Of a stretch of DNA of 21,994 nt, positions 4,564 to 13,175 are shown piece after piece. The stretch spans positions 77,422 through 99,415 of the IMG/VR virus record IMGVR_UViG_3300034196_000017; one strand, written 5' to 3'. Within the stretch, counting starts at the first letter, position 1, and every line of letters starts with the position of its first letter. The translations under genes were made by a program, and so were the position numbers. Source of the stretch: a virus (taxonomy: Duplodnaviria > Heunggongvirae > Uroviricota > Caudoviricetes). The notes under the pieces were generated by a model. It ran no database searches. It was not told the DNA's origin and worked only from the letters and a program-made list of their open reading frames with translations.

Positions 4564-4753
4564 TTTTACGCTCCATCTGAATTCGACTGATCGTTGCAAT
4601 GTCAGCAGTATGACGATCATATTCAGGTTTGTCAGCGTCATTTGTCATTCCGCAGCAGCCACAAACATAACGACCTCTCTTCTTGTACAGCGTTGTCTTT
4701 ACACCTTTCAATCGATGATCACTAAGGCGTCTAAGCATGTGAATACTCAACAT
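4556..4753 (-). CDS. Hypothetical protein, 65 aa, with a CGCC motif (start moved to ATG 4753)
   Basis: GGAG RBS downstream of promoter 4783-4810; the longer track start lies inside the promoter. Confidence 0.6.
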   Translation of the reverse strand: MLSIHMLRRLSDHRLKGVKTTLYKKRGRYVCGCCGMTNDADKPEYDRHTADIATISRIQMERKNG

Positions 4754-4782
4754 ATCTATACTCCAGTTGGTTGATGTGATCC

Positions 4783-4810
4783 AGTATATAGAAATCAGAC
4801 AAGGTGTCAA
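4783..4810 (-). promoter_or_regulatory. Sigma70 promoter for the leftward small-gene operon
   Basis: (GGTC)TTGACA, 16 nt, TATACT. Confidence 0.75.
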
Positions 4811-4814
4811 GACC

Positions 4815-5046
4815 TATTTACACAAAGCAGTGATAGCAGATTTTGATCTTGATCTTCTCTCATAACCATTGGTTATAATTATATATCTTATAATAACATA
4901 TTCTCTATAAAGATCAAGAGCTTTTTCTTTATTCTTTTTCTCTTACTACTATCTCTCTAATTACTTATAATTCATAGGGTTACTACCCTATAATCTTTTA
5001 AGATCAAAAGCTTTAAAGATCTTTAGGGTATCACAAATCTCGGATA
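4815..5046. other. AT-rich non-coding region, candidate replication origin
   Basis: No ORF; five GATC sites in AAGATC contexts; pyrimidine tract 4921-4966; short palindromes; strand-switch point. Confidence 0.5.
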
Positions 5047-5052
5047 TGTCAA
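5025..5052 (-). promoter_or_regulatory. Leftward promoter firing into the AT-rich region
   Basis: (GGTC)TTGACA, 16 nt, TG-A-TACCCT (extended but weak -10). Confidence 0.45.
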
Positions 5053-5096
5053 GACCTATTTTCAAAATATTTGTGAAATAAACACAGAAATAGGTC

Positions 5097-5124
5097 TTGA
5101 CATGACAGCCAAATGCTATAGAAT
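5097..5124 (+). promoter_or_regulatory. Rightward sigma70 promoter for the RNA ligase-Pnk-Prs-Nampt operon
   Basis: (GGTC)TTGACA, 16 nt, TAGAAT. Confidence 0.8.
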
Positions 5125-5152
5125 GAAAACCATCAAAAACAGGAGAGACACC

Positions 5153-6406
5153 ATGAAATTTAAATGCGAGTGTGGAATCTCAGGATTCTCTTGCTTCATT
5201 CCTACAAAATGTATTGGCTGCGGCCAACCACTAAAAGACGAAAAGGTAGATAAAATGCAGGTAATCGACTACATCACAAAATATGGCTTTAGCAAAACCG
5301 CAATCTCAAACCAGCTAAAGCGGTTGACAGAAGAGCTTGGAATCAGCGTCAAGTACGTTGACGACCTGATCGTACTAAACTACAACCAGATCGAAAGTCC
5401 AAAAACACATCCAGTTGTGATGGAATGCCGCTCTCTGATTCTGGAAGCTGGAACACTGAAGGTTGTGAGCCGTTCCTTCGACCGTTTCTTCAACTATGGT
5501 GAGGGTGGTAAGATCTGGGAGCGTGACCAGAATGCAATTGACACAATGGAGTTGATTGACTGGGAGCAGGCCGTAGCTTACGAGAAGGTTGACGGTAGCC
5601 TCATCAAGATCTACAACCACAAAGGTCACTGGTACATCTCCACAAAAGGTACTGCATATGGTGATAGCGGGTGCATGGGATTTGACATCACATTTGCAGA
5701 ACTAGTCTACAAGGCTCTCGATTGTGCTGATGACGAAGAGTTCCAACAGTCGTGTGCTTCTGCTGACCTTTGGCCTGAGTTCACGTACATCTACGAACTG
5801 ACAAGCGTTGAGAACAGGGTTGTACGACGCTACGAAGGCTATAAGCTACATTCTCTCGCAGTACGCGCAAATGAGGATGGTCGATATGTTACGGAGACTG
5901 AGCTTGTTAACGCATTGGCGATTGGAGCTTACCTACCTGAAGGTTTCAAGTTCGATTCAGCAGAAGAATGTATTCGTGCTGCACGAAACCTCAAGAATCT
6001 GGATGAGGGTTACGTGATCTACCAAGATGGTGTACCTGTGGCTAAAATCAAGTCTCCTGCATACGTTGCTGTACATCACATCCGTGGTGAGGGTCTTAAC
6101 CCTAAGCGAATCATGCAGCTTGTTCTTTCTGGTGAGCAAAATGAGTATCTTAACTACTTCCCTGAAGATACAAACGTTATTATGCCATATGTTTACGCCT
6201 ACTTGACATTGACTGACGAAATCGGTGATACTTATGATCTGATTAAAAATATCGATGATCAAAAGGATTTTGCTTTGATGGCACGACCATACAAGTACCA
6301 AGCTGCATTGTTCCAAGCTCGAAATAAAGGAATCTGTGCAGTTCATGCGTTCAACGATCAGCGTGATACATACAAAATGGAAATCTTAAAGGGGTATGTC
6401 AAGTGA
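5153..6406 (+). CDS. rnlA: RNA ligase, T4 Rnl1 family (417 aa; alternative start 5255)
   Basis: RSFDRFFN, motif I EKVDGSLI, YELTS, DEGYVI, VAKIKSPAY; AGGAGAG RBS. Confidence 0.92.
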   Translation: MKFKCECGISGFSCFIPTKCIGCGQPLKDEKVDKMQVIDYITKYGFSKTAISNQLKRLTEELGISVKYVDDLIVLNYNQIESPKTHPVVMECRSLILEAGTLKVVSRSFDRFFNYGEGGKIWERDQNAIDTMELIDWEQAVAYEKVDGSLIKIYNHKGHWYISTKGTAYGDSGCMGFDITFAELVYKALDCADDEEFQQSCASADLWPEFTYIYELTSVENRVVRRYEGYKLHSLAVRANEDGRYVTETELVNALAIGAYLPEGFKFDSAEECIRAARNLKNLDEGYVIYQDGVPVAKIKSPAYVAVHHIRGEGLNPKRIMQLVLSGEQNEYLNYFPEDTNVIMPYVYAYLTLTDEIGDTYDLIKNIDDQKDFALMARPYKYQAALFQARNKGICAVHAFNDQRDTYKMEILKGYVK

Positions 6407-6807
6407 AAGGTTTTGTGCGTGTTTACAAATCTGATCTTTTGTCAGCTATCATTGGTTTTGAATTGAGGCTTGATGCTGGTAAAGAAATACGTGACAAAGG
6501 CATCAATTTGTACTACGATTTTAAATACAAAAACATGAATGCATTTGGAAATTGGTGGTATCGAAATCACTCAGCAATCCAATTCGCACGTGATGATATG
6601 TGTGCGTTTGGTCGTTGGCCTGACCTACTTCATGTTGTACTCACTAAAGAAGAGTGTGATGAACTTGAGTGGTGGTGCTGGACTCACAAAAGCAAGGTTG
6701 ATCCATTAAAAGCGCTTTACAAAGCAACAATAGACGATCATGCGCTTGTTGATCAGGACATGGCTGCGTTTATCACAACGCACAAAAACTATTTGGAGGG
6801 ACTATGA
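6403..6807 (+). CDS. Hypothetical protein, 134 aa
   Basis: GTGA overlap with the ligase stop; GGGG RBS. Confidence 0.75.
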   Translation: MKGFVRVYKSDLLSAIIGFELRLDAGKEIRDKGINLYYDFKYKNMNAFGNWWYRNHSAIQFARDDMCAFGRWPDLLHVVLTKEECDELEWWCWTHKSKVDPLKALYKATIDDHALVDQDMAAFITTHKNYLEGL

Positions 6808-7340
6808 AAGCAAAAGCACTTCCAAGTAGAGATTACTTGACTGAGTGCTTTGATTATGACCTTCACAGTGGTAATCTTATTTGGAAGGATAGACCGCTTT
6901 CACATTTTATTGATAGCTGGAGAATGAATCAAAGCAACTCACGTAACTCTGGAAATGTCGTATCAATGGTTTCTGTATCTGGATACATTGAAGTTAAAAT
7001 CAGTGGTACGACATATAAGTCACACCGTATTATATGGAAAATTGTTACTGGTGATGAACCTTCAATGATTGACCATATAAATGGTGATAGGACAGATAAT
7101 AGGTTTATTAATCTGCGACTAGCAACAAAGAATCAAAATGGTGCAAACAGGGGCATATCTTCAAATAATGAATCTGGATTTACAGGTGTTTCGTATCACT
7201 CTCGTGATGAGAAATGGCAGTCATACATAACAGTTGATGGTTCAAGATTATATCTTGGGTCTTTTGAATCACTTGACAGTGCTATTATTTCAAGGCAAAA
7301 TGCCGAAGTAAAATACTTTGGTGAATATAGGAGAGAATAA
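6804..7340 (+). mobile_element. Free-standing HNH homing endonuclease with AP2-like C-terminal domain, 178 aa
   Basis: HRIIW...IDHINGDRTDNRFINLRLAT..QN; SGFTGVSYH...KWQSYI. Confidence 0.9.
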
Positions 7341-8218
7341 TGCGTGCAATTGTAACAGTCGGTATCTCGGCAAGCGGCAAAACAACATGGGTGAACGACC
7401 TTATTGAAACTGAGAAAGGTTGGCGTGACATCAACCGTGATTGGATTCGCTTCAACGTGGTTAAGCCCGGTGCCAATTGGTCGAACTACAAGTTCAATAA
7501 TGCAAACGAGAAAGAAGTTACACGTATCCAAGGTCAAATGATCATGGAAAGCTGGGCCGCTGGTGAGAACATCGTTATCAGCGACACAAACCTTAACCCA
7601 ACTACCCGTCAGGGTCTTATCAATCGGTTGCGTGAACTTGGATACACCGTTGATCTTAAAGTATTCCATGTAACATACGAGACGGCACTCAAACGTGATC
7701 GTCTGCGACCAAACAGCGTAGGTCATGAGGTAATCTATCGCCAGATGGATCAGTGGAACACGTTCAATGGTCGTGTTACATACGTTGGTGATGAGTCTCT
7801 TCCTAAGGCGATCATCGTTGACGTTGATGGTACAATCGCTCAGATGAGCGGTCGTGGACCTTTTGAGTGGCACCGTGTAGGTGAAGACCTGCCTCGAAAG
7901 TTGATCATTGATATGGTTAAGAATTACTTTGCACAAGGTTATGAAATCCTGATTGTTAGTGGACGTTCTGACGAATGCAAGGCTGAGACTCAAGAATGGC
8001 TTCATCATCATAGGGTTCCTGTTCAAGAGCTGCACATGCGTAAAGAAGGTGATTATCGTCGTGATTCTGCGATTAAGGAAGAAATCTTCTGGACACACCT
8101 TGCTCATAAGTATAACATTGTCGCAGCAATCGATGACCGACCAATGATGATTCGTGCTTGGCACGAACTGAAAATCCCGAACGTCATAGCTGTAGCTAAC
8201 CCATATTTGGAGTTCTAA
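7340..8218 (+). CDS. pseT: Polynucleotide 5'-kinase/3'-phosphatase (T4 PseT/Pnk-like), 292 aa
   Basis: P-loop GISASGKTT, INRD, HAD motif VDVDGT, IDDRP. Confidence 0.93.
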   Translation: MRAIVTVGISASGKTTWVNDLIETEKGWRDINRDWIRFNVVKPGANWSNYKFNNANEKEVTRIQGQMIMESWAAGENIVISDTNLNPTTRQGLINRLRELGYTVDLKVFHVTYETALKRDRLRPNSVGHEVIYRQMDQWNTFNGRVTYVGDESLPKAIIVDVDGTIAQMSGRGPFEWHRVGEDLPRKLIIDMVKNYFAQGYEILIVSGRSDECKAETQEWLHHHRVPVQELHMRKEGDYRRDSAIKEEIFWTHLAHKYNIVAAIDDRPMMIRAWHELKIPNVIAVANPYLEF

Positions 8219-8219
8219 A

Positions 8220-9083
8220 ATGATCAAGTACGAAATCGGAAATTTGACAGCACATGTACGTCAGTGGTTCTTCCCAGATGGCTGTGTCGGAACAAATATC
8301 AACATTGGTGAAGAGCGTACCGATCCTGAGCGATACGAGATTACTGTGACTCTGGTATTTGGCTCTTCGGATGAAAACGGTAAGAAATTCAGCATCAATG
8401 ACGATATCATGGCGCTTGCTCAAACCGTAGATGCATTGAAAATTCACTACCCAATGGCTACATTGTATTTGGTCCTACCATACATTCCGTATGCGCGTCA
8501 GGATCGAGCATGTAGCCCCGGTGACTCGTTCTCCCTGCGAGTAGTAGCTAAGATGATCAACGCGCTTGGTTTCGGAACAGTTACAGTTGCTGACCCACAC
8601 AGCGGTGTAGCTGGTGCACTTATCGACAACATGTATGATGTTCACCAGTATGAGTTCTTCCACAACGTTCGTGACTTCTCAGATGTTTACATCGTTGCAC
8701 CAGATCAAGGTGCTTCAAAGAAATGTGAAGAGTTTGCAAAACGTGTTGGTGCACTTGGTGTTATAACTTGTGCAAAGGTTCGTGAAATGTCAACTGGTAA
8801 GATCCTTGGTCTTAAAGTTATTGATGAAATTCCAGATGCGGCAAAACTATTTGTTTTGGATGACATTTGTGATGGTGGTCGTACCTTCATTGAAGTCTCA
8901 AAAGCACTTCAGATGAAGGCATCAAATTCAGGCAATGGTCATATTGCAGTGATTGAGCTTGCTGTGACTCATGGTCTTTTCACAAAAGGTGTAGATGCAC
9001 TATCTGCGTTCTACGACAGGATCTACACGACAAATAGCGTAATAAGTGAAAAAGAAGGATGTACGGTCATTGACATCCTTTAA
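8220..9083 (+). CDS. prs: Ribose-phosphate pyrophosphokinase homolog (probable Adps of NARP1), 287 aa
   Basis: FPDG, PYIPYARQDR, DPHS, VAPDQGA, LDDICDGGRTF, VTHGLF. Confidence 0.92.
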   Translation: MIKYEIGNLTAHVRQWFFPDGCVGTNINIGEERTDPERYEITVTLVFGSSDENGKKFSINDDIMALAQTVDALKIHYPMATLYLVLPYIPYARQDRACSPGDSFSLRVVAKMINALGFGTVTVADPHSGVAGALIDNMYDVHQYEFFHNVRDFSDVYIVAPDQGASKKCEEFAKRVGALGVITCAKVREMSTGKILGLKVIDEIPDAAKLFVLDDICDGGRTFIEVSKALQMKASNSGNGHIAVIELAVTHGLFTKGVDALSAFYDRIYTTNSVISEKEGCTVIDIL

Positions 9084-9129
9084 TTAGGGTGTAAAATGAG
9101 CGCATAAACAACATTACTAGGAGAAACAA

Positions 9130-10929
9130 ATGAATCTTTTCGCACCGTTTAACTCAGATGGCTACAAACTCGGTCACGCACCGATGTATGCTCACGGTAC
9201 TGAGTCCGTGTACTCCAACCTGACACCACGATCTGATCGTATTTACAAGCGTAACGCTACTCGTTATTACAAGGGTAAGTTGGTGCTTATAGGTTGCCAA
9301 GGTGCAATGATCGAAATGGTTGAGAACTGGAACAAGTTCTTCACTATGAACCGTAGCATAGCAATCGCACGATTCAAACTCCTGTGCGATAACTACCTTG
9401 GTCCAAACGTAGTTTCCGTTGACGAACTGTCGGCTCTCCACAAACTAGGCTATTTGCCTCTGGAAATCAAGACTCTTGATGAAGGCTCCAAGGTTCCAAT
9501 GGGTATTCCTGTACTCACAATCACCAACACCGTTGCTCACGCTTACTGGTTGGTGAACTTCCTTGAAACCACGATCAGTAACTTGACTTGGAAAACTTCG
9601 ACGGCGGCAACAATCGCTACCGAATACAAGGACATGCTGAAAGACTTCGCCTTGAAGACAGGTACTCCTATGGAGACAACCCTTTTCCAAGCGCATGATT
9701 TCTCGGCTCGTGGCATGTCTGGCCCTGAAGACGCCGCACGCACAGGCTTCGGTCACATTGCATCTGGTCACTTGGGTACTGATTCGCTTGGTTCTGTTCT
9801 GTATGCTCAAGAGTACTATGGTGGTGGTAACTTCGTTGCTGCTTCTGTACCTGCAACCGAACACGCAGTAGCGACCAGTAACATCCTTCGTATCGAGCAG
9901 GAAATCGAAGATGGTGTGTACAATCTTCAGACAGGCGAGCAGGGTGATATCCTGATCAAAATGAGTCTTGCTGGTGAAGACACTCGCTTGATCGCTGAAG
10001 TGATGTTCCTGTACGAACTGATGCTACGTTTCCCAACTGGTATCCTGTCGTATGTTACTGACAGCTTCGACTTCTGGGCAATGATTAGTCGTGGACTTCC
10101 GTACCTGAAGGCTGTGATCTTGCGTCGTGAAGGTAATGGCATCACTCCGGGTAAACTGGTGATTCGTCCCGACTCTGGCGACCCTGTAGAAGTGATCTGC
10201 GGTCGTGTTATCCACGATTTGGGCTCTGAAGTTCTGGACGCTGACGATTGGGAAGACAGTGCCTCTGACATTGGTTCTCAATACGTCAAAGATTGTGATG
10301 TTGAGGATGAGGTTCGTTTCCTTGTCCGTGATGCTGAAGGTGCAATCCTTGAGGTGTTTGGATACGCTCAGCGTGAGTATGACCGTTCTATGTACTTTGA
10401 ATACCAAAGTGTTGAAGAGTATGAAATGAGTCCTGAAGAGAAAGGTGCAATCGAGGTTCTTTACGAAATCTTCGGTGGGACTGAGACTTCTACTGGTCAC
10501 AAGCTGCTGAATGAACATATTGGTCTGATCTACGGTGACTCAATCACTACCCAAAGGTGCTTGACGATCCTTGAGCGGCTGGAAGGTCAGGGTTACGCTT
10601 CTGGTAACGTGGTATTTGGTATCGGTAGCTTCACCTATCAGTGCGTGACACGTGACACCTTTGGTTTCGCTGTCAAGGCTACTCACACTGTTGTAAACGG
10701 TAAGTCTATTGCGATCTTCAAAGATCCTAAGACTGACAGCAAGAAGAAATCGGCAAAAGGTCTGCTTCAGGTTGTGCGTGCTGAGGATGATCCAGAAGGT
10801 GAACTTTTGTTGATCGATGACGTGTCTCCTGAGGTTGAACAATCTGATAACTTGCTCACCCGTCGATTCTACAACGGTCAGTTTTTTAACATGACCACCA
10901 TTGATGAGATTCGTTCTCGACTAGCCTAA
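9130..10929 (+). CDS. nadV: Nicotinamide phosphoribosyltransferase homolog (probable Namat of NARP1), 599 aa
   Basis: SDGYK, AHDFSARG, VPATEH, SYVTDSFD, IRPDSGDP, LIYGDSIT, KDPKTD.KKSAKG. Confidence 0.95.
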   Translation: MNLFAPFNSDGYKLGHAPMYAHGTESVYSNLTPRSDRIYKRNATRYYKGKLVLIGCQGAMIEMVENWNKFFTMNRSIAIARFKLLCDNYLGPNVVSVDELSALHKLGYLPLEIKTLDEGSKVPMGIPVLTITNTVAHAYWLVNFLETTISNLTWKTSTAATIATEYKDMLKDFALKTGTPMETTLFQAHDFSARGMSGPEDAARTGFGHIASGHLGTDSLGSVLYAQEYYGGGNFVAASVPATEHAVATSNILRIEQEIEDGVYNLQTGEQGDILIKMSLAGEDTRLIAEVMFLYELMLRFPTGILSYVTDSFDFWAMISRGLPYLKAVILRREGNGITPGKLVIRPDSGDPVEVICGRVIHDLGSEVLDADDWEDSASDIGSQYVKDCDVEDEVRFLVRDAEGAILEVFGYAQREYDRSMYFEYQSVEEYEMSPEEKGAIEVLYEIFGGTETSTGHKLLNEHIGLIYGDSITTQRCLTILERLEGQGYASGNVVFGIGSFTYQCVTRDTFGFAVKATHTVVNGKSIAIFKDPKTDSKKKSAKGLLQVVRAEDDPEGELLLIDDVSPEVEQSDNLLTRRFYNGQFFNMTTIDEIRSRLA

Positions 10930-10936
10930 TGTGAAA

Positions 10937-10964
10937 TAGCCCCTCCAAGTGAGGGGCTTTCATT
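10937..10964 (+). terminator. Rho-independent terminator after the Nampt homolog
   Basis: AGCCCCT-CCAAGTG-AGGGGCT followed by TTCATTT. Confidence 0.75.
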
Positions 10965-10979
10965 TGCCTAAAATAAAGC

Positions 10980-11007
10980 TTGACCTATCCGTTATTTCTG
11001 ATAGAAT
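10980..11007 (+). promoter_or_regulatory. Sigma70 promoter (extended -10)
   Basis: TTGACC, 16 nt, TG-A-TAGAAT. Confidence 0.7.
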
Positions 11008-11032
11008 AGCCACACAGACAAAGGAGAAAACC

Positions 11033-11518
11033 ATGAAAGAACAATTGAGTATCGCTGTACCATTAGCCATTGAGTGGCATGGCGACCAAAAGTATGGTGA
11101 TAGTGACCTACCATACATCTATCACCTAAACTGCGTTGACGAATTAGTTGTAGCAGCATACGCACCAAAAGATCGAGGACACTCTGACCCTTATAGTAAA
11201 GAACCCGGTGATGAGGTTGATAACCTACGTGCAATTGCCTATCTCCATGACGTTCTTGAAGACACCGACTGTAAGGTATTAAATCTCATTGATGCCGGTT
11301 TTAATGACGATGTTATTAACGCAGTAATTGCAATCACCAAGAAAGGCGATACTTATGAGGATTATTTGAAAATCGTTATGAGTAACCCACTTGCATTGAA
11401 AGTTAAAATTGCAGATACAGCCACAAACTTGGCTCACAGCATCTTCGCTCAGAATGATCGACGTATTGAAAAGTACATTCGTCAAATTAATATCCTGAAG
11501 GGTTTTGAATCACTATGA
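11033..11518 (+). CDS. HD-domain protein, RelA/SpoT-hydrolase (SAH/Mesh1)-like, 161 aa
   Basis: HGDQKY..LPYIYHL, LHDVLEDT, VKIAD...NL; AAGGAG RBS. Confidence 0.85.
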   Translation: MKEQLSIAVPLAIEWHGDQKYGDSDLPYIYHLNCVDELVVAAYAPKDRGHSDPYSKEPGDEVDNLRAIAYLHDVLEDTDCKVLNLIDAGFNDDVINAVIAITKKGDTYEDYLKIVMSNPLALKVKIADTATNLAHSIFAQNDRRIEKYIRQINILKGFESL

Positions 11519-11685
11519 AACAGATTGGCGATACAAAAGGCGGATGGATGCACTACGTTAAGGACGTGACAGGTTCTCTTGCACGATCACTTACAGACGC
11601 TGAGTACGCACTTGTTATGAAGTGTTACATTGGTGGTAAACCATATACAAAAGCTGCGGAGGAGATGCAAAATGCTGGTAACTGA
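11515..11685 (+). CDS. Hypothetical protein, 56 aa (MKQIGDTKGGWMHYVKDV...)
   Basis: Manual translation; ATGA overlap; fills the gap between genes. Confidence 0.65.
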   Translation: MKQIGDTKGGWMHYVKDVTGSLARSLTDAEYALVMKCYIGGKPYTKAAEEMQNAGN

Positions 11686-11827
11686 AGACGATAAGAAAGC
11701 GATGGCTTTGGCTGATGCAATTAAGTATCTTGAACTTTCACGTAAAGCAGCATACACCTATGGTTTCGGTTGGGAAATCGATGACGCATACATCGCAATC
11801 CAAGAAGTATTGGAGTTTGAAGAATGA
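11672..11827 (+). CDS. Hypothetical protein, 51 aa
   Basis: GGAGGAG RBS before ATG 11672. Confidence 0.65.
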   Translation: MLVTEDDKKAMALADAIKYLELSRKAAYTYGFGWEIDDAYIAIQEVLEFEE

Positions 11828-12096
11828 GTTACCTTGAAAGGAACAACGGTCGTCTTTACCCTATATGGGTAGATACAGAGAACTTCGACGATGAAGCATT
11901 TGAGGCGTATGAAGAGAATGGTTACATGGTCATTGATCGTGAAATCTACAGGGTAGACTGGGATGTCAAGTCGTCACAATCTGGTGGTTTTTCAGATGTT
12001 AAGGTTGGTATTCAAGGTATTATCCACTTCCACACAATGCATCATAATGGTGGTGCTAGCCTTAGCGAAGTTATTGAGGACGCTTTATGCCGATAG
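11824..12096 (+). CDS. Hypothetical protein, 90 aa
   Basis: ATGA overlap, GGAG RBS. Confidence 0.7.
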   Translation: MSYLERNNGRLYPIWVDTENFDDEAFEAYEENGYMVIDREIYRVDWDVKSSQSGGFSDVKVGIQGIIHFHTMHHNGGASLSEVIEDALCR

Positions 12097-12278
12097 TATC
12101 TTGGCAAGATAAACTAGGCTCGACGGATGGCTACACACCCGTTGCTAAAGGAGGTAGCGCTGGTGTGTATTGGGAAGACTATAACCTACCCGATGGTTAC
12201 TGGCGTTATACTTGGACAAACTTTACACTAGATGCAAACCCAATACATGTAGAAGTCAATAGAATGGAGTACGAATAA
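12087..12278 (+). CDS. Hypothetical protein, 63 aa
   Basis: GAGGA RBS. Confidence 0.65.
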   Translation: MPIVSWQDKLGSTDGYTPVAKGGSAGVYWEDYNLPDGYWRYTWTNFTLDANPIHVEVNRMEYE

Positions 12279-12505
12279 TGAACCTTCATAACCAAATTAT
12301 GAATATCAATATTTCTAGCGGTTTTGATTATTCAGAATTTGAATCAAAGGTGATCGCATACAAATGTGGTCATCGTGACGCTCGACATGCTGCGGCATTT
12401 CTTGCAGTAAAATATGATTCAATTATCGAAGATTTACTTGACCACATCGAGAACTTTGGTAGCGATCTTTATGTAGAACGAATTCGAAAGGAGTACAACC
12501 TGTGA
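12278..12505 (+). CDS. Hypothetical protein, 75 aa
   Basis: TAATG overlap, GGAG RBS. Confidence 0.7.
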   Translation: MNLHNQIMNINISSGFDYSEFESKVIAYKCGHRDARHAAAFLAVKYDSIIEDLLDHIENFGSDLYVERIRKEYNL

Positions 12506-12825
12506 ATATCCCAAATACCGAACAACGCGCCAGTGTAATTTATGTTGCTGGACCAATGACCGGTCATGAAAATTATAACTTCGACAACTTCAATCGTGTG
12601 GCTGATAAGCTTCGATCTGAAGGATGGACCGTGCATAACCCAGCTGATCACGGTGCTATTGAAGGCGCTACATGGGAAGACTACATGGCCTATGATCTAA
12701 CCAAGGTCGGTTTGTGTGGTGCGATGTACATGCTCAAAGGGTGGCAAATGTCACGAGGAGCATGTCTTGAGCAGCTTATCGCACAGAACCTTAACTTCAA
12801 GATCATCTACGAGGACGCCCAATGA
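12502..12825 (+). CDS. DUF4406 family (nucleoside deoxyribosyltransferase-like fold), 107 aa
   Basis: IYVAGPMTG...NF..F...A..L...G..V.NPA; ML.GW..S.GA.LE. Confidence 0.85.
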   Translation: MNIPNTEQRASVIYVAGPMTGHENYNFDNFNRVADKLRSEGWTVHNPADHGAIEGATWEDYMAYDLTKVGLCGAMYMLKGWQMSRGACLEQLIAQNLNFKIIYEDAQ

Positions 12826-12986
12826 CTCTGAATGACGCTATCAACAAGATTTCAGATGAGGCACGCGCCCTTGGTTACAGTGAGTCTTCAATTCGTTCTT
12901 TAATTCCAGATGCACGTGAAATGCTGTATGATATTGAAGACCTTACAAGTGAAGTGATCGACATTTTTATTGAGGAGCATCTGTGA
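12822..12986 (+). CDS. Hypothetical protein, 54 aa (MTLNDAINKISDEARALG...)
   Basis: Manual translation; GAGGA RBS; ATGA and GTGA overlaps on both sides. Confidence 0.65.
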   Translation: MTLNDAINKISDEARALGYSESSIRSLIPDAREMLYDIEDLTSEVIDIFIEEHL

Positions 12987-13174
12987 TTGATATTAGTTTT
13001 TATGACGAAAGATCAGAACAGTATTTAGATGTCAGCTTGTACTCTAAACGTCAACCACTTGTTGATGTTTCAATCTTCGGTGAAGGTCCGGGTGTAGCTA
13101 AAGTTGAGTTGACAAAAGATCAGGTAAGTGATTTAATTGTTGGTCTAGTTGAGATTCACAAGGAGATGTTGTAA
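12983..13174 (+). CDS. Hypothetical protein, 63 aa
   Basis: GTG start, GAGGAG RBS. Confidence 0.65.
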   Translation: MIDISFYDERSEQYLDVSLYSKRQPLVDVSIFGEGPGVAKVELTKDQVSDLIVGLVEIHKEML

Positions 13175-13175
13175 T

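Noticed and set aside
7196-8227. 343-aa minus-strand ORF, and other long antisense ORFs over Nampt and DNA ligase
   Set aside because: Antisense to well-supported genes; no motifs or RBS; explained by codon bias
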